DNA of 64,000 nt from Octopus sinensis (Eukaryota): assembly GCF_006345805.1 (NCBI RefSeq), contig NC_043000.1, positions 122,388,001 to 122,452,000 of the forward strand. The letters are read 5' to 3'. Made by a program: the position numbers and the translations under genes. The notes beneath the pieces are model-generated. The model had not been told where the DNA came from. It did not search any database and saw only the letters and a program-made list of their open reading frames with translations. Positions 25,750 to 38,540 of the stretch are shown one piece after another. How positions within the stretch are numbered: position 1 is the first letter of the stretch; each line of letters starts with the position of its first letter.

Positions 25750-26390
25750 CAGGAATATACGGGATGGAGATCATCCCAGAAAAGAGCAAGATCCTGATTA
25801 ACAATTGCAGCCAAAACAAGCGACCAACATTAAGTTAAATGGCGGTAGACTTGACGAAGTCGACAACGTCGAAAAGAGATAACTAGGTTCAATTTAGCTC
25901 CTCCTGCTGCCATGATGAAGCTGAACACCATATGGATAAGCAATTCTATTAGATTTTTCGCAAGACACAGAATAGACAAATCTCTGGTGAGTTCAATACT
26001 TCTGTGCGGATGTGAGGACTGGACTATTACACCTAACAGAGCGAAGAAGCCAAGCATTCAGAAGGCTGCTACGCATCTCTTACACAGAGCACAAAATGAA
26101 AGCCTTTACCAGGCAACCAGTCAACAAATATGGTGACAGATAAGAATATCTACTTGAGGAGGTAACAAGACAAGAGCTTACATCGTATGGTTAAGTATGC
26201 TGTCCAAAGCTATTCTTCACAATACAGTTGATGGAAGTCGAAAAGGAGAAAGAGAAAATCTTGGTTCGAAACAATTAATGACTGGACAGATAACAACAGT
26301 GCAAACCTGCTACACGTGACATATATTAGAGACCAATGCCGACGACTAACTGCAAGAACGTCAAGGGGAGCGTTCCAAAGACTGGCTGCA
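25750..26390 (+). mobile_element. RTE-clade LINE 3' fragment
   Basis: GMEIIPEKSKILIN; AMMKLNTIW; KSLVSSILLCGCEDWTI; RLLRISY: typical RTE RT C-terminal motifs with frameshifts. Confidence 0.8.
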
Positions 26391-26413
26391 GCATATAAGG
26401 GAGCTCGAAATAG

Positions 26414-26827
26414 GCGGCGAGCTGGCAGAAATGTTAACGCGCCGGGCGAAATGCTTAGCGGTATTTCGTCTACCGTTACGTTCTGAGTTCAAATTCCGCC
26501 GAGGTCGACTTTACCGTTCATCCTTTCAGGGTCGATGAATTAAGTTCCAGTTACGCACTGGGGGTCGATGTAATCGACATAATACCTTTGTCTGTCCTTG
26601 TTTGTCCCCTCTGTGTTTAGCCCCTTGTGGGTAGGAAAGAAATAAGTATTTCGTCTGTCGTTACGTTCTGAGTTCAAATTCCGCCGGGGTCGACTTCGCA
26701 TTTCATCCTTTCGGGGTCGATAGATAAAGTACCAGTTATGCACTGGAGTTGATGTAATCGACTTAATCCGTTTGTCTGTCCTTGTTTGTCCACTCTATGT
26801 TTAGCCCCTTGTGGGCAATAAAGAAAA
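26414..26827 (+). mobile_element. Meta-type SINE homodimer (head + 2 tail-A units)
   Basis: Units start at gtatttcg 26461 and 26646; 16-bp TSD atataagggagctcga at 26393-26408 and 26828-26843. Confidence 0.9.
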
Positions 26828-27400
26828 ATATAAGGGAGCTCGATGATCACATGGTTATAAACAATGAACAAGCCGTACAAATTCAAATTTGCATGGACCC
26901 ACTGACTTAAAGAGTCTCCAATCTAGAGCAAGTATCTTTTTTAATGACTTCAGATCGGCTTAAAATTTGTGAGTGAAATTGGATGGAAACACCCGATGTA
27001 TCTATCGTACCTCTCAAATTAAGCATTGCCACATTCTGTGTCACGTTCATACTGCTACAGGAGATTACTGAAAGGATAACTCAATGCAGCTCTCATCTAA
27101 ATGCATTGTAGTTTCGGAACATGTATCTAAATTCATCAAACTACTTGAATACTCACTGTCAAAATTAAAGAAGGTCAATGTAATTAAGGTTTTATTTCTG
27201 AAACAGAAATATACAAAAACTCTTATTTAAACGGTTTACCATCGTTGATTTTCGTTTGTCAGTATCAAAGTGCTACGACAAAGTATATACCTAAAGTACT
27301 TTTGCAATGGGCAACTTGCTTTGGTCTTAAGAACTTTGTTGGCTAATGGAAACCATGAATTCATAATGAGAGGTGAATTCTTACTTTTCCGTTTTATTCC

Positions 27401-27795
27401 ATAACTAGCAGTATCACCCGGCATTGCTCGAGTTTGTTTCGACACTTTAGAATTAGAATTTTTGAAAATTTAACATGTTGCATTATGTAGCTTGTTATTC
27501 TCTTTAAGTGAACATTTTTCCGGTTGAAATACACCGAGAAATGGCGACAGAGCAGTCAAAAAATGATAAAATATAAGGATTTTCATAGAAAATAAGCACC
27601 TTTTTGATGTAAATAACTTATGGTCTTAACATAGTCCGATTTGAATTTTATCTTCTACGGGAGGAAGAGCAAGCCTTCTTCTATCATACTCTCAATTTTG
27701 GTCAACTTGCGCTGCAGGGTCTCGGAGGAGATAGTGTTAGTTGAAGGCTATCAAACCTGCCTCACACAGACAACTTCAGCTTTATATATATAGAT
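27401..27795 (+). mobile_element. Non-autonomous Helentron/Helitron2-type (DINE-1/HINE-like) element
   Basis: Start ataactagcagtatcacccggcattgctcgag (subterminal hairpin) and end cagctttatatatatagat match the termini typical of these elements. Confidence 0.65.
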
Positions 27796-28115
27796 TACTT
27801 TCAAATATATTAGTTTCATTTCAAACTAAAGGCAACGTCTTGTAGTAATTCATACGCTCAGATGAATGTTATAGCACTTGACTGTATCAACTCCATGAAG
27901 GCCTGATGATGAAAATTATAGTTGATGCGAGAGGGATTTGCAAATACGAAGCAAACATCTGTAAATAAATAGTGCAATATGTTCAGTTCAGTAGAACATT
28001 GTACATTGAAGATGTTGATTCGTTAAGTCTGCAAATGAATGATACATTCGTACGTCTTCAGCAAACACTGTTCATACGGAGATGAAGAATTCAATTGGTT
28101 CAGCAACAACTTCAG

Positions 28116-28486
28116 TGGAGGCGCAATGGCCCAGTGGCTACGGCAGCGGACTCGCGGTCGGAGGATCGCAGCTTCGATTCCCAGACCGGGCGATGCGTGT
28201 GTTTATTGGGCGAAAGCACCTAAAGCTCCACGAGGGTCCGGCAGGGGGTGATGGCGACCTTTGTTGTACTCTTTCGCTCCAACTTTCTCTCACTCTTTCT
28301 TCCTGTTTCTTGTCCCCGACTTCCTACGCAACCGCTGAGCCTGGATGCACATTCATCCATCCGTCGATGTTCTCGGTGTCGCGGGTTGACCTGTTTTCTC
28401 TTCTGCGGGTCTTACGAACAGCAAAGGACCACGTTTCGAATTTCTCCCACGAAGACCGCTTCGCTCAACAAACAAACAAACAAATA
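28116..28486 (+). mobile_element. tRNA SINE family 2, tail d
   Basis: Family-2 head/body; distinct tail ...cctacgcaaccgctgagcc...cgcttcgctcaac(aaac)n. Confidence 0.85.
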
Positions 28487-28496
28487 AGCAACAACT

Positions 28497-28660
28497 TCAT
28501 CATCATCATTGTTCGACCCTGTTCGAGAAATGGAATTTACTATGCTACGCCAGACTTCACGGTCCATCATAGCATTACGGAGAGTCTGTTGTTGGATGCC
28601 TGTATCCCTAGAGATTACATCAGGGTAGAAGAGTGTACGCCCTCTGGTATCAACTTCTGG
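28497..28660 (-). mobile_element. RTE LINE extreme 3' end
   Basis: GRTLFYPDVISRDTG...LRNAMMDREVWRSIV followed by a (TGA)n tail. Confidence 0.7.
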
Positions 28661-30415
28661 TAACAACTTCACGTTAATACCGGTAAGAAAAATATTAACT
28701 CTAAATAAAGTGTATTTTCCCTAAATCACTAGTTTTATGTAGAATCAATCTCATTCCAAGATTTTTATTCTACTTTCACCTTTCTTTCAGCGATTACTAA
28801 AAAGTAGTTCTTACTCGTATTTCCAGAGAAATTTCATTTATGAAAAATGATTACATAAATAATAACAAATTATAAAAGTACAGATTTTATTATGTATTCT
28901 ATGATTGTTTTGAATCTATTAAGAAATTAAATATACAGGCTATGATCATAGATCCTCTCAGCAATTATACTTTATCTTTCGCCTGATTTCCTTTGCTATT
29001 TCAGTTCTTGTTCATTGTCTACAGCGTCGATCTGACGCCTACTTGATTCTTACCACAACATTTACCTCAACAAGAAATGATTCACAGAACACACTCTTTC
29101 ACACTTTTCGCTTCCCTGCAACATCACTTAATTATCGCCCCTTCTTACTCCCACTATTTTGTTCATTCTTTCGTTCCGTTTTTGTTTTGTTTTTTTCTAT
29201 AAATCTCTTCAACCATTTCAAATTTTCTATTTCCTTTCTTCATTGCCTTTTTCAGTATTCATTCAACATCCCATTGTCTTGTTCTTTTATTTACTGTCAA
29301 CAACGATATATATATATAGTGCTGACTTGAAGATACACGCACACACACACACGCACACGCACACTCAATCATCACTCACTCACATACACACACACTTGCA
29401 CATACACACTCACACACACACACATATATGTAATACAAACAAATATCCCTATATAAGAATGTTTGCTTGTCTACCTTTGTGTGTGTGTGTGTGTGTGTTT
29501 GTGTGTGAGTGTATTTATGTGTTGTGTGCACTCTTAACTCGCAAATTCATATCTATACATACATACCTAATAATATATAGTTGGATGTGTGTTTGTGTGT
29601 ATATTTCAGTATGTGTATATGTGTGTGTGTGTGTGTGTATTTGAGTGTGTGAGCGTGTGTTATAACCTATGTTAAGGCCAACTAGATTTAGTGGTAAAAT
29701 AGATAACTTAACGTTCTAGTTCCGTTGACCGACTCCAAATAGAACAATACTTCTAAACCTTTCGGGCATGAAAAAATATTATTCGACCGTTAGATAGATT
29801 TCAATGCATTAGAAATTATTCGCTTGCTTAGAATTCCGTGAGGATGTGATGTATCTTAGCCTGTTTGCTCTTGTGTGATTAATCTTTTACTATAGTCCAG
29901 TAGAGCCATTCTGACAACGTTGGTGTTGTTCCATGGTCGATGCGAGTTATCCTTACGCTTAATGATTGGTTTTGTTTCTTTTCTAAATAAAGTGACTTTA
30001 TTGTGTTTGTTTCGGATTGTATTATCCTATATATATATGCACGCGAGTTGTGGTACGTTTCTTGTTGTACGAAAGCATAAAGATATACCGATGCACACTC
30101 ACGATGCACACACACGATGCACACATATTAATGTTTCGTTTAGGTATAGCGATAGTATTAACCTGGCGTTAGATCACAAGATACATATGGTTCAGAATAA
30201 TGAAATAGTTGAGTACAGAGCGTAATGTGAAATTGAATGAATGATAAAGGAAGAGAATATTATGCGAAGTACATCATTAGCTAACAGCTGTTTGTGCTAT
30301 GAGCCGCATTACAATCAGAGCTGAGTGTGGTGCAGTATTTTATAGATTCATCGGAGCATCCAATCTGAAGAGCAAATTCATATAGGGAATCATTTCTATA
30401 TGTACAGAAATTTAT

Positions 30416-30570
<155 letters not shown>

Positions 30571-31143
30571 AGCACTTTCTCTGCCCATGGCTATCTAACG
30601 TCATCCACAGTATTTTTTAGAATTGTCGCTGGATAGACCTCAGAAATCCTTCAGTATTCATCGAGTGTATGACAAATGATAGAGACTGAAAATGGAATAT
30701 ACCTACGGTCATATCGTAAAAGCCCCTCACGAGACACATCCACAAAGAGGGATGCACCACAGCCAGTTGTACTTTATCCCACCCGAGAGGGAGCGATGCG
30801 ATGCAAGATGATTTAGAAATGAGAGGTTTTAGAAATGTATTATTTTTATTTTTGAAATCAGTGAATGTATTTCATTAGAATTGTTATGTTTACAAGGGCT
30901 AGATAGGCATCTCCAACTAGCAAGGTATGCTACTCCAGACTGAAGACGAGCAATGACGCAGAAACTAGTCTCTAGATTTTGGCTTCGGTTGGTGGGGGTG
31001 CTTATCTCCCCCTTGTAAACATAAGGACACAGGAAATGTTTCACTGACGGCGAGAATAGGTGCTGCTTCCTAGGGCTAAATAGCAGTAGTATTATTCCCT
31101 CTCATGGGACTGTCACATTAGGTTGACAGCATACAACTACGTT

Positions 31144-31181
<38 letters not shown>

Positions 31182-31184
31182 TGG

Positions 31185-31378
31185 TTTCAAACTTTGGCAC
31201 AAGGCCCGCAAGTTAGGGGATGGGTAAATCAATAACATCGCTCCCAGTGCTTAAATGGTACTTAATTTATCGACCCCGTAAGAATGAAAGGTAAAATCGA
31301 CCTTGACGGAATTTGAATTCAGAACGTAAAGACGAAGGAAATACCACTAAGCATTTTTCATGGCGTGCTAACGATTCA
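31185..31378 (-). mobile_element. Meta-type SINE, older tail-B type
   Basis: Diverged family-3 body with an aaactttggcacaaggccc tail. Confidence 0.75.
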
Positions 31379-31391
31379 GACATATGCATAT

Positions 31392-31423
<32 letters not shown>

Positions 31424-31553
31424 CATGTACATATGTGGGCATATATAAATATAGATAGATATATGTTTGTTATGTGTGTAAATATATACATATATGCACG
31501 TTAAAGCATAAGTACATACATACATACACACACACATACATACACACACACAA

Positions 31554-31622
<69 letters not shown>

Positions 31623-31854
31623 AAAATAAAGATAAAATCTTTATAAGAAATTATCAGTAGTTAGCGTGAAAAACCTCGTAAGAGAAAAAATCTGTAAATT
31701 TTCCACTTTGAAAATGTTTATTTATATTATATAGAGAGTACTATTATTCAGAGGTACCGCACGCTAGGAGGGACTTTTGCAGTCAAAACTACTAAAATAA
31801 ACAAATTGTACCGAAAGGAAAACTTCAAAGCAAGTCATTTAAAAACAGAATTTG

Positions 31855-31918
31855 GTTACATATCACCTGTGATTTCGCAATCAATGCAGAATATGCATTC
31901 TATGCTCTTCAGTGCAAC
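31855..31918 (-). ncRNA. Type I hammerhead ribozyme, canonical core
   Basis: Reverse complement of 32340-32403. Confidence 0.85.
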
Positions 31919-32339
31919 GAACTCAAGACATATAAGATGTTTTGCTTTCGGTACAATTTGTTTATTTTAGTAGTTTTGACTGCAAAGGTCACTCCTAGCG
32001 TGCGGTACCTATGAATAATAGTACTCTCTATATAATATAAATAAATATTTTCAAAGTGGAAAAATTTACAGATTTTTTCTCTTACGAGGTTTTTCACGCT
32101 AACTACTGATAATTTCTTATAAAGATTTTATCCTTATTTTCAAATTGATATTTTTCACCGGAATAGTTCAATACTGAATTTTTGTGCCGAGTAGGCAAGT
32201 TTGTTACCGAAATGCATTGCGAATAAGCCCGCCATTTTCATAGATATGTAAAGATAAACATCCGTACATGATGCGGCGAATTCTACGGTTGGCTGTCGGG
32301 TATGTAATGGTGTTTTTTTTTCTTATATGTCTTGAGTTC

Positions 32340-32403
32340 GTTGCACTGAAGAGCATAGAATGCATATTCTGCATTGATTGCGAAATCACAGGTGATATGT
32401 AAC
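32340..32403 (+). ncRNA. Type I hammerhead ribozyme, canonical core
   Basis: Stem I gttgca/tgtaac; CUGAAGA 32346-32352; stem II gca..aatgca/tgcatt..tgc; GAAA 32382-32385; stem III atcac/gtgat; AUA cleavage at 32397. Confidence 0.85.
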
Positions 32404-33333
32404 CAAATTCTGTTTTTAAATTACTTGCTTTGAAGTTTTGCTTTCCGTACAATTTGTTTATTTGAGTAGTTTTGACTGCAAAAGTCCTTCCTAGCGTGCG
32501 GTACCTCTGAATAATAGTACCCACTATATAATATAAATATATATATATATATATATGCACATACACGCTCATATGCATATATGAGTGTAGAAGCTATAAT
32601 TATGCTTGGTTTTTATATTTTTATGAAGAACTCTATATATTTTTATATTGTTTGATGTTAAAGTTTCTGTCATAACCTTCCTAAGTCTATAAGATTATCG
32701 AAAATTTTTCGACATCACTATCTGAATAAGAAGCTACCGATTGTATATTGAAGCAATATACCTTGAGTAGTAAGGAATTCTAAAAAAAAGGCTTTGGTTA
32801 ATCCCGGTATTAATATTATGTCTGTGAAACTTAGAACGGGCAAACCAGTATAAGATTTCTTGTCGATTAACCAAGCGCCTGCAAGCAGCGAATCGATTAT
32901 GTTATCAAGTACTACATAATATATAACTAGCCAGAATACAATGTTACTTTATAGCACCATCAAACAATCTAGAAATCCAGATATAACTAGATACCTAGAT
33001 ATATCTTCTGGGGCCTAATTAATAGCTGTATGAACACTGAAATCAAAATGCAGACGCGGTAAATATGACATAAATTAAGAGATTTGTAGCGACTTAACTT
33101 TACGTTGATTTCAATTGTAATCATTTTCCTACTCTCTGTTGCTTTCTATAATAGACCGCAGTAATAATGCTCTAGATTATAATTTTGAGAACAGTTTGGA
33201 ATGCGTAATTTAGGAATGGCATTGCACCAGACTAGAAGCGTCTTTAATAAAAGGAAGTTGACACGACTGTCTCAACGCTAACTTGTCTGAAAGAAAAGTA
33301 GTAATCTATATGCCATACATATGCACGCATATA

Positions 33334-33634
33334 CAGAGTGTCCCCAAAATGTATAAACACTTTAAATAATCGTAAAATAGATGTTTATCAAAATACATTT
33401 CATTTTCAAAATTTAATAGAATCTACAGACATGATTTTATTGGTTTTTCAACACCTGTTTCCAAACTGACGTACGCTCCGCTCCAGGCACCGATGACAAA
33501 GCAAAGCAATGGAATCGCAAACATCACAAAACCAATTAGTTTAATATTTGTGTGCATTCTTGTTCAATGGTTGTTCTCAAATCAGTGACTGTTGCAGGTT
33601 TCATAGTGTAGACTTTGTCTTTTAGGCATCCCCA
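33334..33634 (-). mobile_element. Tc1/mariner-superfamily (maT/DD37D-like) 3' relic
   Basis: Minus translation WGCLKDKVYTMKPATVTDLRTTIEQECTQI; terminus cagagtgtccccaaaa preceded by TA. Confidence 0.7.
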
Positions 33635-34143
33635 TATGTGTATGTATGTTTGTGTGTGTGTGAGTGTGTACATTGTTGTATTTCCGGGCGGTAATTTGTT
33701 TTGTGTTTCTTATGCCAACTAATCTCACGCGTTATATATTCGCTCTCCACTTAGTTCATGTGTCGCTGAAGAAGTCATTGATGTATGGAGAAAAGTTTCC
33801 GGACAATTGACATAAGTCAATATAATTACAGTAATAAAAGAGTAAAGAACGAATACATAGTACCTGTGGTTCTTTGGCTAAAAAGAATACCACCCCGAAA
33901 TACAACAATATCTGTTTCAACACACAGTTTAATATCGGGAATCTTGCAAGAAAAATGCGGGGTCTCACTAAACATGAAATAGACTATTTATCCAATTTTA
34001 AATACAGTCCTAGTCTATTCTACGAATTACCCAAAATACATAAAGATCCACACATTTGTGAAGCCTGCAAAGTCTCTACAAGCCTATGCATTAATGCCCC
34101 CCCCTACTGACCTCAAACTGAGACCCATCGTAGCTGGCCCTTC

Positions 34144-35067
34144 TTGTGTAACCCACCGTTTGAGCAACTTCCTCGACATATTACTCAAATATTTACGTTT
34201 TTAAAATATGTGAAAAGCTTTATCAGGGATGACCTAGATATGCTGAACCACCTCCCGAAGACAGTAAAGGAAGGAACTCTGCTGGTATCTTTCGATGTGG
34301 TGAATCTATACACCAATATCCCACACGACTATGGTATAGAATCAATCACAATCTGGCTAGAAAAATACCCAGAAGAGATCCCTGGACGCATTAACCACAG
34401 TTTTATAATTGAAGCACTCAAATTCATCCTGCTGAACAATTATTTCATGTCCGATACAACTTACTATCGACAAAAATGTGGAATTGCAATGGGAACCAGA
34501 GCTGCTCCAGTGATTGCAAACCTTGTAATAGGTTACCTAGAACTCAGGTTATACCAATCATCACTAGAAAAATATGGCGCCTCTTTTAATTGCTATTTAA
34601 AGGGGAACTGGCAGAGATATTTGGATGATTGCTTCATACTTTGGAAAGACAGCATGGATAAACTCCTTGATTTCAAAATAATGCTTAACAACATACATAG
34701 CAATATACAATTCACTATGGAACACAACAGTAAACAACTAGACATCTTAATTAAAATAGTTAACAACCACATAAAAACAGATATCTTTTATAAACCCACA
34801 GATTCTAAACGATACCTATTATTTAACTCTTGCCACCCCAAACACAGAAAAATTAATATACCCTTTAATCTAGCGAAAAGAATCTGTATCATAGTTTCGG
34901 ATACATATACTTGTGAACAAAGATTCCTTGAACTTAGATCAACACTAACTAAAAGACATTACCCAATCTCATTAATAAATGAAGGCATTAAAAGAGCTAA
35001 GGAAATAGATATACAAATGTTAAGGCAAACCAGACTTAAAAATACTCCCGTACATTTCCACACATAA
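34144..35067 (+). pseudogene. PLE reverse transcriptase core and thumb (fragment)
   Basis: RT motifs as above; frame broken at both ends. Confidence 0.85.
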
Positions 35068-35131
35068 CCCTAGAAGCAACGAGGCCTTCAACATTATCAC
35101 CCAAAATCTTCCCATCCTCACAGCAGACAAA

Positions 35132-35600
35132 ATGAACGAAATTTTAAGCTCATACAAAATTATAAAAAGCAAAAAACAACCGAAGTCACTGAAAAAAATA
35201 TTAACCAGCGCAAGACTGTATCCACTAACAACAGAGCCAAAAGTGAAAAAATGTGAGCGTACTAACTGTGGAACATGCCCCCACCTTTTGGAGGGTTCAG
35301 AATTTCACTTCAAACAAGGAGAAATATTTAAGATCAAATCAAATTTCACCTGCGCCTCTGAAAATCTAATCTATGCCATGACATGCTTAGGGTGTGGTAA
35401 CCGCTATATTGGACAAACATAAATTGCACTCCATCGAAAAACCACCATTCACAAAGAGCAAATCCGCCACCCACAGACAGTTACAGGTTAGTGAACACAT
35501 AGAAATGCGTGCCAGGAATCTTAATCTTAATTTCCAAATCTTCCCCTTCTATCAATGTTCACAGAACACCACGATGCAACAAAGGTTGAATTAAGAGGCA
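35132..35600 (+). pseudogene. PLE zinc linker + GIY-YIG endonuclease (disrupted)
   Basis: NLIYAMTCLGCGNRYIGQT, then a stop; downstream QVSEHI..C..FQIFPFYQ in a shifted frame. Confidence 0.8.
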
Positions 35601-35848
35601 TTTTCCATCAATAAATATCTCCCCCAACTAAATATGAACACACAACTAAATACAGAACACCACTAACCCATCAATTAAAACCACTAACCCCTATACACTC
35701 CCTACGCCATTCACATTACAACTCTATAACTAAATCCAGAACTACTTACCTCCCTTACAAATAATCCAGAACACTTACGTCCCTTACAAATGTTTTTTTT
35801 TTCTCAGGAACTATTAGACCTGACAGTGTATTAGCCGGTGTTTATTCA

Positions 35849-35885
35849 AAGCAATGAATAGCTTTGCAGAAACCATGGTATGCTT
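35849..35885 (+). ncRNA. Minimal hammerhead-like motif, A3:U8 core variant
   Basis: aagca AUGAAUA gc-ttt-gc a GAAA ccatg GUA tgctt: perfect 5-bp stem I, palindromic accatggt; one extra A before GAAA. Confidence 0.5.
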
Positions 35886-36136
35886 TTCTTTCTGACTTTT
35901 TAATCATCTCATAATAATGACTTTTACTTTTATTACTACCTCAGTCCATCTAAATGTATATATCTGTCGTTACCTTTCATAAAAAAAAGCCTTTTCTTTT
36001 TTTATTTACAATATGCTTTTTCGTGGATTTTTCATATTTTCCCCATACATTTCCACGTGTATTTTATATTTTCTTTTTGTAACATATTTCTACTATATAT
36101 ATATATATATATTTTTTTTTTTGCTACCCTTATATT

Positions 36137-36178
<42 letters not shown>

Positions 36179-37260
36179 TTATTGTTAGGAATAGTCACAT
36201 TTTACGATATATATATATACATGATGTATGTATGTATATGTGTATGCATCTGTCTCACACAATATTTGTGTCTTTATAATATATATGTTAGTAACACTAT
36301 TTAAGAGCAATGTACTGTATACAATGCATCAACCGTGAGGACAATATGAGGCTAATAATCTGTACTTTATTTCCAGTTGTTCTAAACAAGTAACAGGTGT
36401 GAAATAACCAAACTCCTGCAAAGAGTTTGGCTATTTCAGAATGACTCGCCACTATTATTCAACTGTTTTTTTTTCTTCGGTTTTTGTTAGACGTTTTTTT
36501 TCTTTCGCTGTTTTGATTCAGTATCATTGAACAATATTTCGTGATGCAGCTCTTATCATGCTGTCCTTTTTCATCTGTCAAGATGAAGTTGGGTAAATCT
36601 CATGAATTTGTACGTATAATGAAAGAAAGTTATTTTATGCTGGATTGAGAACAAAATCGCAGTGCTGCAATGAACAGATGTTGAAGTAATAAACTTTGCC
36701 TATAATGATTATAGTATGTTAAAAATGCAAAGATCACCACAGTTAAGTAACTCGCCACCTTTCGATAGATAGAGGTTTGTGGTTGCAGAAGAGAAATTTG
36801 AAGTTATTCACACAGAAATGGACAATACACTACTGTTCGGGGATGGGATCTATCACCAATAGTGAACATTTTAAAGTACTTCGTGCAATCAGTACGAGTT
36901 ATTCACGGTTGCCGCGACCACTTGTTTAAGAAGCTGTAACCAAACTACAACAGAATTACGTACCGTGATCATTCATTCAGTCCTACTCACAATCTCACGA
37001 GAAAGAGAAATGTTGTGAAATGAGAATTGTTATCGAGCTGATAATTTCATTCGAATTTAATTGAGTTTAATTGAGATATCGATATGGAGACAGCAAATTT
37101 ATGCCAGTCGGCCACATTCATATAGCGAAATATATTGATCTCAAAGACCTTAAAAACTAAGCAGATTATGTAAATAACCTAGTGTGGCAGGTTAAGTTTT
37201 TACATCTTTTTATAAGAAATCAGATTCGAATTTTCCAATTAAATTTTTATTGAACTACGA

Positions 37261-38540
37261 AATCTGTTGACTATGGCTCCTAGTTCTCCATAGGAAATGC
37301 TATCATAAGCGAATTCAAGTGGGTGCGAAATATGCACTCAGGATATAAAAACAACATACGACTGAACTGTTTTGAACTTTCTGTTTTTTCTTACTCCGTA
37401 CATTGTTACTTTGCTTTTCTCTCTCCTTTTCTTCTTCTGTTCGTCTTCTCTTCTTTTCTTCTATTTCTCTCTCCTTTTCTTCTTTTTTTCTTCTCTTCAC
37501 AACTTTTGAATTTTTGGAACTTTTATACTCCGCACATCATTACTTTACCTTTCTCTCTCATTTTCTTCTTTTTTCTTTTTTCTTCTTTTTCCAGCATGCC
37601 CGATAACAAATCCTTCCTCATCCATCTTCACTACCGCCTAAAGAAACACCTTTTCACACTTCTTTTTCGTTTCTTTTAACCTTCTATTAATCTTTCCCCG
37701 CTGATTTTCAAAAAAATATGCTTCTCTAGCTACGTTTCAATTTTCAGTTGCTGCCTTCACTGCCACTTCATCCCCAGAGGTTACCGCCTTCATTTCTCCC
37801 CCACTTTCTACTCTGCTTCTGCCACCCTATTCATACTCGGTACTAGATCCTACCGCATTATGCGTGCCGCCATTCGTTCTAATCTCTCCAAAATATATAC
37901 CCTCGACCGCCATCTGCCTCGCGCTTATTCCACCTTTTTCTCCTCTCTTTCATCTTCCTTTGCACATTCCACTCTACGCTTCATAATCCATTTACGTCAT
38001 TATTTCCACGAGTTCCTTGCGCGCACTAAACAACATAAACTCCACTGACTTTTTCATTCTGTCACACCCGATGCAACTACAACCACACTTCCCCGATTCA
38101 CTCCTCCTCACCCTCACCTCAAGCTTACCGTCACTACAACCTCCCACAGAATTACACCTCCTCTCTCTCCTCCCAGCTTTCATTGCTTCCATTGCTTCCC
38201 AGCTTTCCACTATCCCCACTACCCCTCCCGCCACCCTCCCATATCTAACCCATCAACCCTCTCCCCACTTCAATCTGTTGTTACCATTCCTCCTGATCTT
38301 CTTCTCTCTGAGGCGGAGCGCTCTCTAATCGGTAAGGGTCTGCGCTTCATCCGCCTCACACCATCATGTAACAAATTTCAGACCCGGGCTGATATTCATA
38401 GTTTTGTGCGCCGCGTCAGGCTATATGCACTATTCCACAACACTGCACCATCATCTAATGAAGAAGGCTGCTTCACTGACCTGGGTCACCGATTATGCCA
38501 CTGGACGCCGCTCCTTCGATGTCTCATTAAACATTACCGT
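37261..38540 (+). mobile_element. 5' portion of a Neptune-like PLE (N-terminal ORF region, no RT), with a degenerate upstream HHR
   Basis: CCLHCHFIPRGYRLHF..SYRIMRAAI..FLARTKQHKLH and LSEAERSLIGKGLRF..D...FVRRVRLYALF..WTP resemble PLE N-termini. Degenerate HHR at 37261-37309 (CUGUUGA ctatgg/ccatag GAAA). Confidence 0.65.

Larger units (their letters stand above)
31619..32545. mobile_element. ORF-less HHR-bearing PLE/retrozyme-like composite (inverted + ~496-bp tandem copies)
   Basis: 31619-31823 inverts 31939-32143; 32321-32545 inverts ~31712-31937; the plus-strand arm recurs at 31940 and 32436; (TA)n on both flanks. Confidence 0.8.
33874..35885 (+). mobile_element. Neptune-like Penelope element, frameshifted RT + GIY-YIG
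   Basis: FYELPKIHK, LKLRPIVAGP, SFDVVNLYTNIPH, Q.CGIAMGT..AP.IANL, RYLDD, TDIFYKPT, CxxC linker (CERTNCGTC), LIY...YIGQT; 3' HHR-like motif. Confidence 0.9.

Noticed and set aside
30660-30820. IETENGIYLRSYR resembling a gypsy integrase C-terminus
   Set aside because: Too short, with no supporting neighbouring domains.
36522-36592. Candidate exon IIEQYFVMQLLSCCPFSSVKMKL with AG/GT, phase-compatible with 4622-4728
   Set aside because: Such short open AG-GT segments arise by chance; no recognisable homology.
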